A DNA stretch of 64,000 bases from contig CAWEPZ010000011.1 of assembly GCA_963811105.1 (NCBI GenBank), forward strand, positions 992,001-1,056,000, given 5' to 3'. The notes under the pieces are model-generated. The model did not search any database, had not been told where the DNA came from, and saw nothing but the letters and a program-made list of their open reading frames with translations. Made by a program: the position numbers and the translations under genes. Source of the stretch: Candidatus Bathyarchaeota archaeon (GTDB lineage Archaea; Thermoproteota; Bathyarchaeia; Bathyarchaeales; Bathycorpusculaceae). Shown piece after piece: positions 19,683 through 30,499 of the stretch (the stretch's first letter is position 1; the number at the start of each line of letters is the position of its first letter).

Positions 19683-21428
19683 TCACAAATTTCTTATTCT
19701 CTTCTTGAATTCGTCATATGGAAGGTAGTTTTGTCCAATTGCAATCATGTTTAGTATCTCGTCAGGGTTCCTTCCTTGAAAAGAATATGAAGTTTCTAAT
19801 CCCACATTGGAACCAGCCGTTATCAAATTCGACGATTCCATAACATCTTCGTCATTCAGAATAGCCTGTGTATCTAATCCCCCGTTTCTATAAGCTTTTT
19901 CAAGGTAGTTGATTATCCGATCGCCTTTCACAAGCAGAACCGCACTTCTTCTGTCGATTCTCTGTCTCATTTCTCTTGCAAAACGATGAATTTTTAGCTC
20001 ATCCTCAACGTTGACCTCAGAGACAAAATCAAAAATACCAGACAATTCTTCAAATGTGTCCAGATTAGTCTCTTTTATGAAATTTCGAACCGCTGCCCTC
20101 AGGCTCTGCGAGAGAATTTCAGGATGGAAACGCCGAAGAATTTGATAGTAAAAATCAACCTGCATGTTAAAGTAGTGCAGACCATTGTCATTGAAATTCC
20201 TGTCGAAAAAGGCATAATTCGCGATCTTGTGGAATACTTCGACCTTTGGGTCTTTTATGCGGTAGTCAAATCCGAAATAGTCGCCGAGCAAGCGTCCCTG
20301 CGTGCGTAGTTTCTCTTCGAGCCCTGTTCCTGCGTAAGCTTCTGCCCGGCAGAAATTAAAGGGATTTTCTATATGGCGTTCCATAAAACGAAGGTTGATG
20401 AGTAAATCGTTCATGGTTGCATCGAGTTCAAACATCAAGAAGTTGAAAGCAACATGAACATCGAAGTCATTGAGAATCTGCAGCGCATTAAGAATGTCCC
20501 CGATTGTTTGTTTGCGGTTTAGGTTTCTCAAGCCGTTCTCAGAAGCATTTTCAACACCCAAGAATACTCGGAAAAGGCCAAGCTCATCAAGAACGGATAT
20601 AGATTCGCGGGTAATGCTGTCAGGTCGAGCCTTCACGGCGATTGCGATTTTTTCAACTCCATTTCTTTTCAGCTCGTCCCGTAATTCCTTGAAGCGTTGC
20701 AGGGTTTGCTGGTTGTCGGCAAGAAAGAAGTTGTCATCGTGGAAGTTGAAAATTCGAATGCCGTATTCAAAATAAAGTTGCTTCATCTCGGCAACGATGT
20801 TTTTTATGCTGCGGACTCTGAACTTCTTGCCTCCTTGGTGTTCATACCATGCGTTTATGCTACAGAAAGCACAGTTCCGCCAGCATCCCCTACTGCTCAG
20901 TATGCCCGCAATCGGCTTGTCGAAGTACTTGTTGAATGTTGTTCTTTTCGGAAATGGCAGTGCGTCCAGGTTTTCCTGCTTAATGCCAGGTGAACATCTT
21001 ATTGTTCCTTCAGTCCCCCTAAAAGCTAAGCCGGGAACATCTTCCAGTCTGTCCAAACTCTGAGCCAGCTTACAAAGCAGCAGTTCGCCTTCGCCCAGGC
21101 CGACCGAACTAAAAGCAGGAAAGTCCTTTAGCAGTCTTTCGTAGTTGAAAGAAGCAAAATGCCCTCCAGCAACTATATGTCCCTTGTAACCTGCGTCCCT
21201 TAGCCTCTGTGCCAGGCTGCAAAATTCTCTTGCTCTGCCTGTAAACACCATGGACAATGCCGTTATTTGCGGGTCTGTCTGAATGATTTTTTCTACTACT
21301 GAGGAAATCTCGGCTTGAGAGTTGAAAGGTACGATTTGTGTCTCTATGCCGACTTGCTCTAATGAAGATGCCATGTACCGAATGCCGATGTTTTCCTCTA
21401 ATTCTGCGCCAACAAGGGCAACTTTCAC
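19683..21428 (-). CDS. Cobalamin-binding radical SAM protein
   Basis: B12-binding domain (ENIGIRY, AGGHF, GEGE), SSRGCWRNCAFC, FHDDNF and LGVEN. Likely GTG start at 21428 after a G-rich RBS-like sequence (the ORF track starts at 21461). Confidence 0.9.
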   Translation of the reverse strand: MKVALVGAELEENIGIRYMASSLEQVGIETQIVPFNSQAEISSVVEKIIQTDPQITALSMVFTGRAREFCSLAQRLRDAGYKGHIVAGGHFASFNYERLLKDFPAFSSVGLGEGELLLCKLAQSLDRLEDVPGLAFRGTEGTIRCSPGIKQENLDALPFPKRTTFNKYFDKPIAGILSSRGCWRNCAFCSINAWYEHQGGKKFRVRSIKNIVAEMKQLYFEYGIRIFNFHDDNFFLADNQQTLQRFKELRDELKRNGVEKIAIAVKARPDSITRESISVLDELGLFRVFLGVENASENGLRNLNRKQTIGDILNALQILNDFDVHVAFNFLMFELDATMNDLLINLRFMERHIENPFNFCRAEAYAGTGLEEKLRTQGRLLGDYFGFDYRIKDPKVEVFHKIANYAFFDRNFNDNGLHYFNMQVDFYYQILRRFHPEILSQSLRAAVRNFIKETNLDTFEELSGIFDFVSEVNVEDELKIHRFAREMRQRIDRRSAVLLVKGDRIINYLEKAYRNGGLDTQAILNDEDVMESSNLITAGSNVGLETSYSFQGRNPDEILNMIAIGQNYLPYDEFKKRIRNL

Positions 21429-21757
21429 CTTATCCCCCCAATCAAAGTGTCTAAAGTGCAAGGGACAAATGACAGTTCCTCGAGAACAAAGATTGCGTTA
21501 TAAGAATTTTCCGCCGGGTTATTTGTAGATCTCGCGATATTCGACTTTCTGCACATCAACAGGTCTCTCCACAGATAGTAAACATTAGAAATTTCGCCAA
21601 ATCAAAAACCTCACATAAATGAGTGACCGCAAATTGCTTTTCCATATTATCTCTTATTTCATTAGTCATTTGATTAAGGCGTCTCCGAAAATCATCTTTG
21701 CCTCATCGCGTATTTAATAATATGTTGTTGCATTTGCACTGCAACTAACTTCAGTTC

Positions 21758-22123
21758 TTGGTTGAAAAACCTAATATTCGTTTGACATCAAAGAATAAAC
21801 AGGAAACACCTATGTTTGAACCCCATCAAGGAAATGTAAGAATAGATTGCGACTTTGATAAAGTATGGGATTCTTTGAAGATTAAAGGTGAGCTTTCTTT
21901 GCAGACTGAGATAGAAGGGAAACCATTTATTGCAAAGGCAACCGTCGCTACAAAAGGACTTCATTCAGGTGAAAAAGTAATAGTTTTTCTTCACGAAAAG
22001 AATGGAAAACGAATTGAATCTGCAAGAGGGTACGAATGCTGCTGGGGACATTATTATAACTGTTATGGAACCAGAATTGGAATGTACTTTAAAGCATTGG
22101 TTCACTCAATGAGATTTTCATAG
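21758..22123 (+). CDS. Hypothetical protein
   Basis: Open 121-aa ORF with a Cys/His/Tyr-rich C-terminus (ECCWGHYYNC). The start may be the ATG at 21812. Confidence 0.55.
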   Translation: MVEKPNIRLTSKNKQETPMFEPHQGNVRIDCDFDKVWDSLKIKGELSLQTEIEGKPFIAKATVATKGLHSGEKVIVFLHEKNGKRIESARGYECCWGHYYNCYGTRIGMYFKALVHSMRFS

Positions 22124-22367
22124 TTTGTTTTCTGCTGTTCCGTGCTGTTCCATGTTTGAAATAGCTAAGGAGAAGCAAATTGCCGAAGCCCACAAATGGC
22201 CGATAGAACTATTTTTTAATCAGTGAACTATATGGAGAAAACAAAGCACCTCTATATAGAGGAGTATTATATTCCGAATGGTTCGTGTCCACGGATTAAA
22301 GTACGTAAAACCAGCCATTACTGCAATGACGGATACGATAAGACAACTGTGTTCTGATTAGATTATA

Positions 22368-23279
22368 GTGCCTTCCCAACAAAAATTGGCGATGACGCTG
22401 TTTTTTGGAAAAAGTCCTGCCTGCCGGTTAGAAAAAATTTATAAATATTTTGCCATAAATAGGGAGCGGTTGGCTGATAATTTGGGGAAGGTTACACGAA
22501 CTGTTTCACCCTCAATATTCTTTTTGCTCACATTCATTCTTTCATGGTCTATTTGGATTTCCTTGATTCTTGCTTCTTCCCAGATTTCTGAGGGCTTAAG
22601 CAATATTGTGAGGCTATTTGGCGTTTTGATGCCTGCTATATCTGCTATCATTCTTACAGCTTACTGCGCTGGTCGGTCTGGAATTGGGCATTTATTTTCT
22701 CGGTTGAAGATTTGGAAAGTTGGAGCTAAATGGTGGATAGCTGTCATTTTTGTCTATCCCGTTTTGCTTGTTATAGCTGGTTTGCTTTACAACTTGTCTA
22801 ATCCACCGTCAATGGTAAACCTTCTCCCTATAACCGCCGGCAGTCTCATAGCAAACGGCATTTTCCTTACAATAGCTGCGTTAGGAGAAGAAATCGGTTG
22901 GCGTGGTGTCGCTTTGCCTGCACTGATGAAAAAGCTCTCGCCTCTCATGTCAAGTTTGGTGTTGGGTCTTTTGTGGGCGGCATGGCACTTGCCGTTTTGG
23001 CTTCTTATCGGCACTCTTAGTCAATACGGATGGGCGTATTTCGTGATGAATTTCTTGTTCATTGTTCCAACTACATTCTTCATTACTTGGTTTTTCAATA
23101 ATACCAAGGGAAGTATTCTTCTTCCAGTTATTTTTCACGTTGTTTTTAATGTAGTAAATGTTGCAATCTATCCTGTCACAGGATCAGCTGAGGCTTTCGG
23201 AATCTTTATAATACTTCAGTTTGCAATTATGTTTGCAATTATTCCCTCCCTTAGAAAATCCAAAGCCTCTGACGTTTGA
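22368..23279 (+). CDS. CPBP (CAAX/Abi) family intramembrane glutamic metalloprotease
   Basis: LGEEIGWRG (EExxxR), WAAWH and FHVVFN motifs with multiple TM helices. The true start is probably further downstream (e.g. TTG at 22482). Confidence 0.9.
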   Translation: MPSQQKLAMTLFFGKSPACRLEKIYKYFAINRERLADNLGKVTRTVSPSIFFLLTFILSWSIWISLILASSQISEGLSNIVRLFGVLMPAISAIILTAYCAGRSGIGHLFSRLKIWKVGAKWWIAVIFVYPVLLVIAGLLYNLSNPPSMVNLLPITAGSLIANGIFLTIAALGEEIGWRGVALPALMKKLSPLMSSLVLGLLWAAWHLPFWLLIGTLSQYGWAYFVMNFLFIVPTTFFITWFFNNTKGSILLPVIFHVVFNVVNVAIYPVTGSAEAFGIFIILQFAIMFAIIPSLRKSKASDV

Positions 23280-23345
23280 TTGTTAATATGCGGCAACATA
23301 AAAGGAGCGCTTGAGGTTCGGTTTAGTGTCGTCTGTTGCCACTTT

Positions 23346-24775
23346 CAGTAGATGGAAAAGTAGTTTTTGGATATTGATGCTTTGTTTATCCTGTCGTAAC
23401 CGATTATCAAGCGGCAGGGTCTGAGGATTGCTCTTTCATTGCACAGTTTTATATCTTCAGACTTCTATAGCAAATTAACTGGCGGAGTTTAGGGTTCGAT
23501 CTACCCGGATCGGCTTCCTCGAATGCATCCAAGAATGCTTTAGTGTCGAGGTGGCCCTAACCCGCCAATGATAAAGCCTTCAAAGTGCACAGCCAAACGA
23601 GTCAACGTCAAAAGTGGTTTACCAAACTGTTTCTTTAGAGCTCTGCAGAGCAAAAAATTAGCGTAGTGCCAAACATTGTACAGTACCACAGAAGTCATTT
23701 GGTAAATTAGTCTAAGCTTATAGTTGGTGCTTGTAGTTTTAGCCTGGGCATTATCTTGCACACGATAACCCGTTTCTATACCCCACCTGCGCCTGTACTC
23801 AGAAGGAATAAACAATGGCAACTTAATTGCTAATGACCTTGGAAGGTTTGTTGCAAAACCAAAATAGAGGTCAGAAACATTCAGCTTCTTCTTTTTCGGC
23901 AACTGCTCAACTGACCGCTTGTAAAGATACAGGGTAAAGCAGATGCTTTTCCTTTTGTTGCCTAAAATGAAACGTTTAGCTGACTGCTTGTCATCATAAT
24001 TTAGCATCGCTTCTTTGACCGTATCATGCTTAACTGCTGGAATAATAAAATAGACCTCTAACCTCTTGAGCGTAGCTATGACGTCTATTGTGAAGAATGC
24101 TCGGTCAAGCAGTACAATGCTAATGTGTATGCCGCGTGCCCTCGCTTCAAAGATTAGTTTCTCAACGACCTCTGCTTTCTCACTGAACTGGTTAACAGTA
24201 CTAGAATAGACTGTAAGTCTTCTTCCCGCTTCAACAATGTCAATGCTAGCATATGTATAGCCCCAGGTCGTTCCATTCTCCTGTTTGCCACCTATCACGT
24301 TTTTAGCGTCGGGATCACCATAGAAGGGCTGCCTTGTATAGTCGATTGCAACCACCGCTTTTCTTCTAAAGAGGCAGTGGCTTCTTAGGATAAGGAGAAT
24401 CTGGTCGTTGGCTTGGATTAATGCATTGCGAATTTGCTTCTCCGCTAAGCGCTCTATTCTTCCTCTGAAGGTTCTTCCCGTGGGAACCTTGTTTGGTGTG
24501 TTGCATTTTTCTGAGAGGTCAGCTAAGCCACTTTCAGCGTAGCTTTGAGAAAGTGAGAGCTGGATTAGACATTGATTTATGTCGCTGCTGATGTAGAGGC
24601 TGTTTTTAGCTACTGGAAATTGAAGATATTCGTTAAGCAAGTTGGCTGTGAACTTGAAGACTTTGCTGGAAACCTTTCGCTCTTTTGATTTACGTTTTGC
24701 CGTCTGAACACAATATCTCAATTATACGCACTAAGATAATATTATCAAACGTTTAAGGTACTTTTCCATCTACTG
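23346..24775 (-). mobile_element. Complete insertion sequence, ISH3/IS4-like, 1430 bp
   Basis: Perfect 17-bp terminal inverted repeats (cagtagatggaaaagta 23346-23362 / tacttttccatctactg 24759-24775) flanked by the 5-bp direct repeat acttt (23341-23345, 24776-24780). Contains a DDE transposase. Confidence 0.93.
23540..24721 (-). CDS. DDE transposase (ISH3/IS4 family)
   Basis: VAIDYT, LLDRAF and the YRRRWGIETGYR (YREK-like) signature. Confidence 0.9.
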   Translation of the reverse strand: MRYCVQTAKRKSKERKVSSKVFKFTANLLNEYLQFPVAKNSLYISSDINQCLIQLSLSQSYAESGLADLSEKCNTPNKVPTGRTFRGRIERLAEKQIRNALIQANDQILLILRSHCLFRRKAVVAIDYTRQPFYGDPDAKNVIGGKQENGTTWGYTYASIDIVEAGRRLTVYSSTVNQFSEKAEVVEKLIFEARARGIHISIVLLDRAFFTIDVIATLKRLEVYFIIPAVKHDTVKEAMLNYDDKQSAKRFILGNKRKSICFTLYLYKRSVEQLPKKKKLNVSDLYFGFATNLPRSLAIKLPLFIPSEYRRRWGIETGYRVQDNAQAKTTSTNYKLRLIYQMTSVVLYNVWHYANFLLCRALKKQFGKPLLTLTRLAVHFEGFIIGGLGPPRH

Positions 24776-24878
24776 ACTTTTCACTCACATTTATTAACTG
24801 TTAAAGCATACTATTTAACACGGAAAGATGATTTAAACGAAACATCTTTTCAAAAAGTACTTTTGAAGGAAACTAAAA

Positions 24879-27497
24879 ATGAAAAACAAATTTTCGACAA
24901 AACTGACAACAATCACTCTGATTCTATTGATGGCTTCAATTGCAGTATCAACAATTCCAATCCATCCAGTTCAAGCTCAAGAAGCATCGCACGGTGGTTC
25001 ACCTGGAGGAGGATATGAAGGACCAACAACAGTTCCAGCCGGTCAGACTGCTGACTACACGATTCAACCCATTGCTTTCCTGAGCGTTTCACCCGCCACA
25101 ATCGGTATCGGTCAAACGCTCCTGGTCAACGTGTGGATTACCTTCCCCTCAGGTGAGGGCAAATATATGGTAGGCTACACGGTGCACATCACTAAGCCAG
25201 ACGGTTCAACAGACGATGTTCCTCTGAAATCGTACGTCGCGGACGGTACAGCCTATTTCACCTACGTGCCTGATCAAACGGGTCAATGGACGTTCTTGTT
25301 CACTTTCGCAGGCGAATATTTCCCAGCAGGATACTATGTAAGCGGACAATACTCCACCAGCCGAACAGGCCAGTTTGCAAACGCGATTTTTAACCCTTCT
25401 GACTACGTTGCACCAGCCACTTCCCAAGTGAGAACTTTAACAGTGCAGAGCGATCTTGTTTCATCTTGGCAGTCACCGCTTCCAACAGACTACTGGACGC
25501 GCCCAATTGAACCGAACAACAGAGAGTGGTCTGCTATCGCAGGAAACTTCCCATTCACCGAAGATATAGGCAGTGCAGAAAGTTGGAGTGATGAATGGTA
25601 CGGTCCCTTCATCACGGCTCCAAATACACCACACATTGTCTGGTTCAACCAAGTAAACGTAGCAGGCATAACTGGAGGAGAAACCGGTCTACAATCCACG
25701 CTTAGTGGTCCCGGAACTCCCAGCGTTATCTATCAGGGAAGATGCTACCAGACCATGACCATTTCCATCAACGGCGTTCCAACGAGTTGCGCAGTATGCT
25801 ATAACCTGCAAACAGGAAAACAATACTACGCCATACCGGGCGGAATCACACCAACACGCATAGCCTACTGGCCACCTGCTGTTGCAGGCGCTACAGGAAC
25901 TGTTCCAGGCGAGGCAGCAGACATTGGTTGGACAATTGACCTCTTCACAATAAGCGGCAGCTTCCTAATCAAAATCAACCCAAACACAGGGGCAGTAAGC
26001 TCGAACATTACACTTCCATCTGGCTTAGGCACCGCTGACATGTTCTACAGGGACGGCTACTACTTGAGCTACCGATCAGTCAGCACCGATAACATGACCC
26101 CCGCCGCCAACGTAACGGTCGCTAGGTCTACAACAGGATACCTAGTAAACTGGACAGAACAAGGCACTTCAACCAACTTCACAACAAGGATACGGAGCAA
26201 CATAACCGTAACAATACCAAACAGCTTGCGAACACTCTATGAAGTTGGTGCCTACGGAGCATTAGGCGCATATGACCCAGACACAGGCATAACCGTCATC
26301 CAGTCCAGGTTCATCTACGGAGGCTTCTACGGATCAAACTTCTGGGCAGTAAACCTAGTAACGGGACAAACGATATGGAACGTAACGACACCTGTTTCCG
26401 CGATCGAAGACGCTTACAGACCTACCAACGCATGGTGCAGACATGGAAGATACATAGCTGAAATGGAGCGAGGATACTTACAAGCATACGATGAATTCAC
26501 CGGTAAATTGCTCTGGACATCATCACCTGGAATTGACGCCTCGATGGGTGATTACCCATGGGGAGAATTTTACCAATACGATGAAGCAGCATACCAGGGC
26601 GTAATCTACGATGTGCAATACACAGGCATCTTCGCTTTCGATGAAACCAACGGCAACATACTCTGGCACTACGTTGATCCAGCCATCCCATTCGAAACTC
26701 CATATAACAGCGCTAATGGTTCAATCCCTTGCTATTCAATCTCAAGCATCAGAATTGCTGACGGAAAAATCTACGCGATGAACAGTGAACACTCACCCTC
26801 ACTACCAGCAACTCGAGGCTGGGGATTAATCTGCCTTAACGTCACCACCGGGGAGAAACTTTGGAAAATTAGCGGTACACAAATGAGCGCAGGTCCTGCA
26901 TCAGATGGCTACATGGTAACCAGCAGCAGCTATGACGGAACACAATACGTGCTAGGCAAAGGTCAAAGCCAAACAACAGTAACAGCACCAGTAAACACAG
27001 TAGCAAAAGACGGTAGCGTGCTAATCCAAGGCACAGTCTTAGACATGTCTCCCGCCCAGCCAAACACAGCATGCATCTCAGACAACACAATTGATACATG
27101 GATGGATTACCTGCATATGCAAATGCCAGTAGATGGACTATACCACAACATAACCGTCACAGGCGTACCAGTACTACTCGTAGCAACAGACTCTAACAAC
27201 AACAACATCAACGTAGGCACAGCAACAAGCGACACAACCGGCAGCTACCAAATCGCATGGACACCACCACACGAAGGCCTATACAAGATCACAGCAATCT
27301 TTTCAGGTACAAACTCATACGGAAGCTCTATTGCAGCAACAGGCCTATTAGTCGGACCAGCACCAACACCTATATCAACCCCAGTGGCAGCGTTACCGAT
27401 TGATACCACAAATACTATTGTAGGCATGGGCATCGCCATAATCATAGTAATAGTGATTATTGGCGCGTTAATCCTCATTCTCATGCGACGAAAGTAA
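24879..27497 (+). CDS. PQQ-like beta-propeller surface protein (paralogue 3)
   Basis: LPTDYWTRP, NNREW, GTVLDMSPAQPNTAC and DYLHMQ blocks, with signal peptide and C-terminal TM. Confidence 0.8.
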   Translation: MKNKFSTKLTTITLILLMASIAVSTIPIHPVQAQEASHGGSPGGGYEGPTTVPAGQTADYTIQPIAFLSVSPATIGIGQTLLVNVWITFPSGEGKYMVGYTVHITKPDGSTDDVPLKSYVADGTAYFTYVPDQTGQWTFLFTFAGEYFPAGYYVSGQYSTSRTGQFANAIFNPSDYVAPATSQVRTLTVQSDLVSSWQSPLPTDYWTRPIEPNNREWSAIAGNFPFTEDIGSAESWSDEWYGPFITAPNTPHIVWFNQVNVAGITGGETGLQSTLSGPGTPSVIYQGRCYQTMTISINGVPTSCAVCYNLQTGKQYYAIPGGITPTRIAYWPPAVAGATGTVPGEAADIGWTIDLFTISGSFLIKINPNTGAVSSNITLPSGLGTADMFYRDGYYLSYRSVSTDNMTPAANVTVARSTTGYLVNWTEQGTSTNFTTRIRSNITVTIPNSLRTLYEVGAYGALGAYDPDTGITVIQSRFIYGGFYGSNFWAVNLVTGQTIWNVTTPVSAIEDAYRPTNAWCRHGRYIAEMERGYLQAYDEFTGKLLWTSSPGIDASMGDYPWGEFYQYDEAAYQGVIYDVQYTGIFAFDETNGNILWHYVDPAIPFETPYNSANGSIPCYSISSIRIADGKIYAMNSEHSPSLPATRGWGLICLNVTTGEKLWKISGTQMSAGPASDGYMVTSSSYDGTQYVLGKGQSQTTVTAPVNTVAKDGSVLIQGTVLDMSPAQPNTACISDNTIDTWMDYLHMQMPVDGLYHNITVTGVPVLLVATDSNNNNINVGTATSDTTGSYQIAWTPPHEGLYKITAIFSGTNSYGSSIAATGLLVGPAPTPISTPVAALPIDTTNTIVGMGIAIIIVIVIIGALILILMRRK

Positions 27498-28284
27498 ATA
27501 AAACACAAATAGCCCAAAACTCTATTCTCCTTTTTCTTTTTGTAGTCAATTTCTGTTAATTGACTCTGAGAAATAACTTCTGTTAAACATCTCTGCAAGT
27601 AATTGAACCCAATGAATATCTTCAACGTTTGGTGTGTTTTGGACTTTGAATGCTGCAATTGTGCTGTTGTGGAATTTCACTGGCTTTTTCTAAGCCCTTA
27701 ATCCAGCTCGGTGTTTTCTACGGCTGTTTCGCGACTTTTCCTGAAGGCATTATTCCTCACACAAGTCAAACAAACGCCTCCAACAATAGCAGTCCTGTAA
27801 AATCAAAACTCAAAAAGGATAAAAACTTTCGCTCTTTCGGTTAAAAAAAAAGAGGTAGTGTTGTGCGGGGTGATTTTCCCATTTTAACTTCATAAAGGCC
27901 AAAAAAGATTTACTTGGTTTCCGAAGAATGGTTCCCAATGGCTTATTGGAACTGCGAAATCAAACTAATATTTTATGAAAAAAAGGATTGTCGCGAGGGT
28001 GACATCACCAAAAGTTGTGAAACCAAACAATTTTAGATAAATTCTAACCTAACTTTCTTTTACCCAATTCATCAACAGCTTGTTCAACCCAAGCAGCACT
28101 GTATGTTCCCTACTTAAGCCTTCCAAAAGCAGAATCCAAGTACTCAAACCTTAAGCTAATACATTTTAGCAAGATCTGAAACCAACTTTTTATCAACCAA
28201 CAACGCACCAATTCTTTCTCAATAACCAACAAAAACGCCTCAGCATCTGCCATAGAAATATTTTCACTCGAAGCAAGCTTCACA

Positions 28285-29617
28285 CTATGTGTCTTGTGGT
28301 ATGTATACTGCGTATCCTCTTGGGGGTGCATAGAATTCGCCCCGCCCATCTGGTTGTGTCCACTTTTCAATTGGGGCTTCAACATTGTTTTGATGGCTTC
28401 CCCAAGTAACAGCTTTGAACTTCACATTTTTCCATTTTGTTTTGACCCATTTTCCACTCCAAGCGTTTCCAAAGTTGTTGAGGACAAAAATTAAGCCAGT
28501 TTGAGTTGGTGTGCCATTTCTTTGCATGATGTAGACGTTGTCATCAGCATATAGTATTGTGGTTGTGCCTCCAGCGTTTTGCTCATGCATTTTTACTGGG
28601 CCGCTATTCCGTTTTCGCTGTTTTCTTTGCCCAGTTGAAAGTTGAAGAAATCTTGCCAAAAAACACAAGGGTAGCCTTCATGGGTTAGAATAAAAGCGTA
28701 GGCGAGCATTTTATCGTTGACAATGGGATTGCTGAGTGCTATGTCGTGATTTTCTACAAATGTAACAGCTTCTGAAGGTCTGTCTTTTACGAGGGTTCCA
28801 GATATTGCAAGGTTTGTTAAACTGTAACCATAAGAATCACAAACACCTTTCAATCTGTCTCGCAGCGGAAAATCGAAGGCGCCTACAGGGTTATCTGACC
28901 ACTCGTTAGTCGCATTAAGCCAATCATTGATAACGCGGTCACTATCCCAACATTCCCCGACCCCATAAAGCTTAAAATACTGTCCATTCCGTTTTATTCT
29001 TAACTCCTGGATTGAGGTAGCTGTCCAACTTCCATAACCTTTGACAAAGTCGAAGCGAAAACCATCAAAACCTATTGTCTCTACAAGCCAACGGACAATT
29101 TTTAATATGGGTCCATAAACGTAGGGGTTTCGGTGGCACAGATCAGGCATGTCTCCGAACGTTTCACCATCCCATGTTTCATAACTTGAAGGGTGGAAGC
29201 ATTCCCAGTTATGCTTGAACTCTTGACTTTTAGGGTTGAATTTTGTCCACCGCACCATTTGGTCTATTGGGTTAGTCTCTTCTTTGTCGCCGCCGCTGTT
29301 ATGGTTAATGACAAGGTCAGCGTATGCTTGCAAGCCAGCTTCATGAGCAGCTGCGATTAATGAAACTAACTCATCTTTTGAACCAAACCACGTGCGTATT
29401 GAGCCCTTTTGATCAAACTCACCCAAGTCGTAATAATCATACGTCATATCCCATTGAAGGATTGTTAGCTGCTTTACTCGTCAGGAGGCAACCAAAGACC
29501 TGTAAACCCAACCTCTTTCAATGTTGGAATTTTACTCTTAACATGTTCCCACCAATCATAATCTCTTTTTTCCAACTTGGGACAATTCCAATAGAATGCT
29601 TGAAACATTACGCCCAT
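28285..29617 (-). pseudogene. GH13 alpha-amylase, broken by at least three frameshifts (pseudogene or sequencing errors)
   Basis: MGVMFQAFYW...GFTGLWLPP, MGYD/YDYYDLGEFDQKG, ADLVINH, DGFRFDFVKG, VGECW and FVENHD motifs. Breaks near 29480, 29443 and 28597. Confidence 0.85.
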
Positions 29618-29827
29618 AATTTTCCACATCCATTAACCAATTTCTTCTAACTTACAAAAACATGATCGAGAAAACGCTGATGCACACTTTAGAAAACTTC
29701 ATAAGCTAAATTCTTACTTAAACCTCAACAAAATTGGATTTGCTTCCTTGATCGATAACACTTTCTTTTCAAGTAATCATCTGATAATTGGCAAGGTTTC
29801 CTATCCTGCCATTTCCACTAGCCATTC

Positions 29828-30100
29828 TTAACGTAAAATGAGATTGCTTTTTTCTCTCTCGCCTTCCAGCGATGCTAGATCCAAAAGCTGCTCTATCAAA
29901 GAGTCTTGGATGCGCTCAAAAGTGGAATTCCTTTTATCAGGAATCCTTTCTTTTTCTCTATGTTTTTCAGCATGAGATTCGATAGCGTGCCCCATCTCTT
30001 TTACGTCTGGGATAACTAAAATCTTTTGGCCGCACTCGCACCTTATGGTTTGTAGTTTACCCCCAAATGATAAATTAGAGAACGTTTCCTTCTTTTGCAT
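29828..30100 (-). CDS. Small hypothetical protein, possible C2H2-type Zn binder
   Basis: CECG ... HAEKH motif in a 90-aa ORF. Confidence 0.6.
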   Translation of the reverse strand: MQKKETFSNLSFGGKLQTIRCECGQKILVIPDVKEMGHAIESHAEKHREKERIPDKRNSTFERIQDSLIEQLLDLASLEGEREKSNLILR

Positions 30101-30205
30101 TGGCTATCAAGGCACACTACGTTGTTTTGTAATATAAGCTTTGCTAGACCTTAGCAACATTGCTCAAAGAGAGCAATATAGAATGACAAGATTTATATCG
30201 CAATA

Positions 30206-30499
30206 TTGGAGTCAGATGTTAGACCTCATATGCAACTTAGCAAACTTGAAGTTTGCGTGGCTATATTGGAAATCCTTAACCAGAAAGGAAAACTACAGTC
30301 ACGCGAGATTGAAGCATCGATTAAAGTAGAAGTTGGCTTGACCAAAAAGTGCATAGACCTCCTCGCACAGCAAGGATTTTTAGAAAAACAGAAAAATCAC
30401 AACAACGACGAAGTCTATTTCAACACTGCACAAGGGCAAAATGTTTTGGAATTCTTCTTCCCTTTTGTTGTAAAATATCAAACGAAACCGCGTTATTAA
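30206..30499 (+). CDS. Winged helix-turn-helix protein
   Basis: SKLEVCVAILEIL...KKCIDLLAQQGFL...YFNTAQG resembles small archaeal wHTH regulators. Confidence 0.6.
   Translation: MESDVRPHMQLSKLEVCVAILEILNQKGKLQSREIEASIKVEVGLTKKCIDLLAQQGFLEKQKNHNNDEVYFNTAQGQNVLEFFFPFVVKYQTKPRY

Noticed and set aside
23481-23520. ggttcgatc T-loop-like motif suggesting a tRNA
   Set aside because: No cloverleaf or acceptor stem could be built, and it lies inside the IS.
27600-28280. Long intergenic region with short ORFs (27650-27844, 28110-28385)
   Set aside because: No recognisable motifs or RBS; possibly decayed sequence but cannot be assigned.
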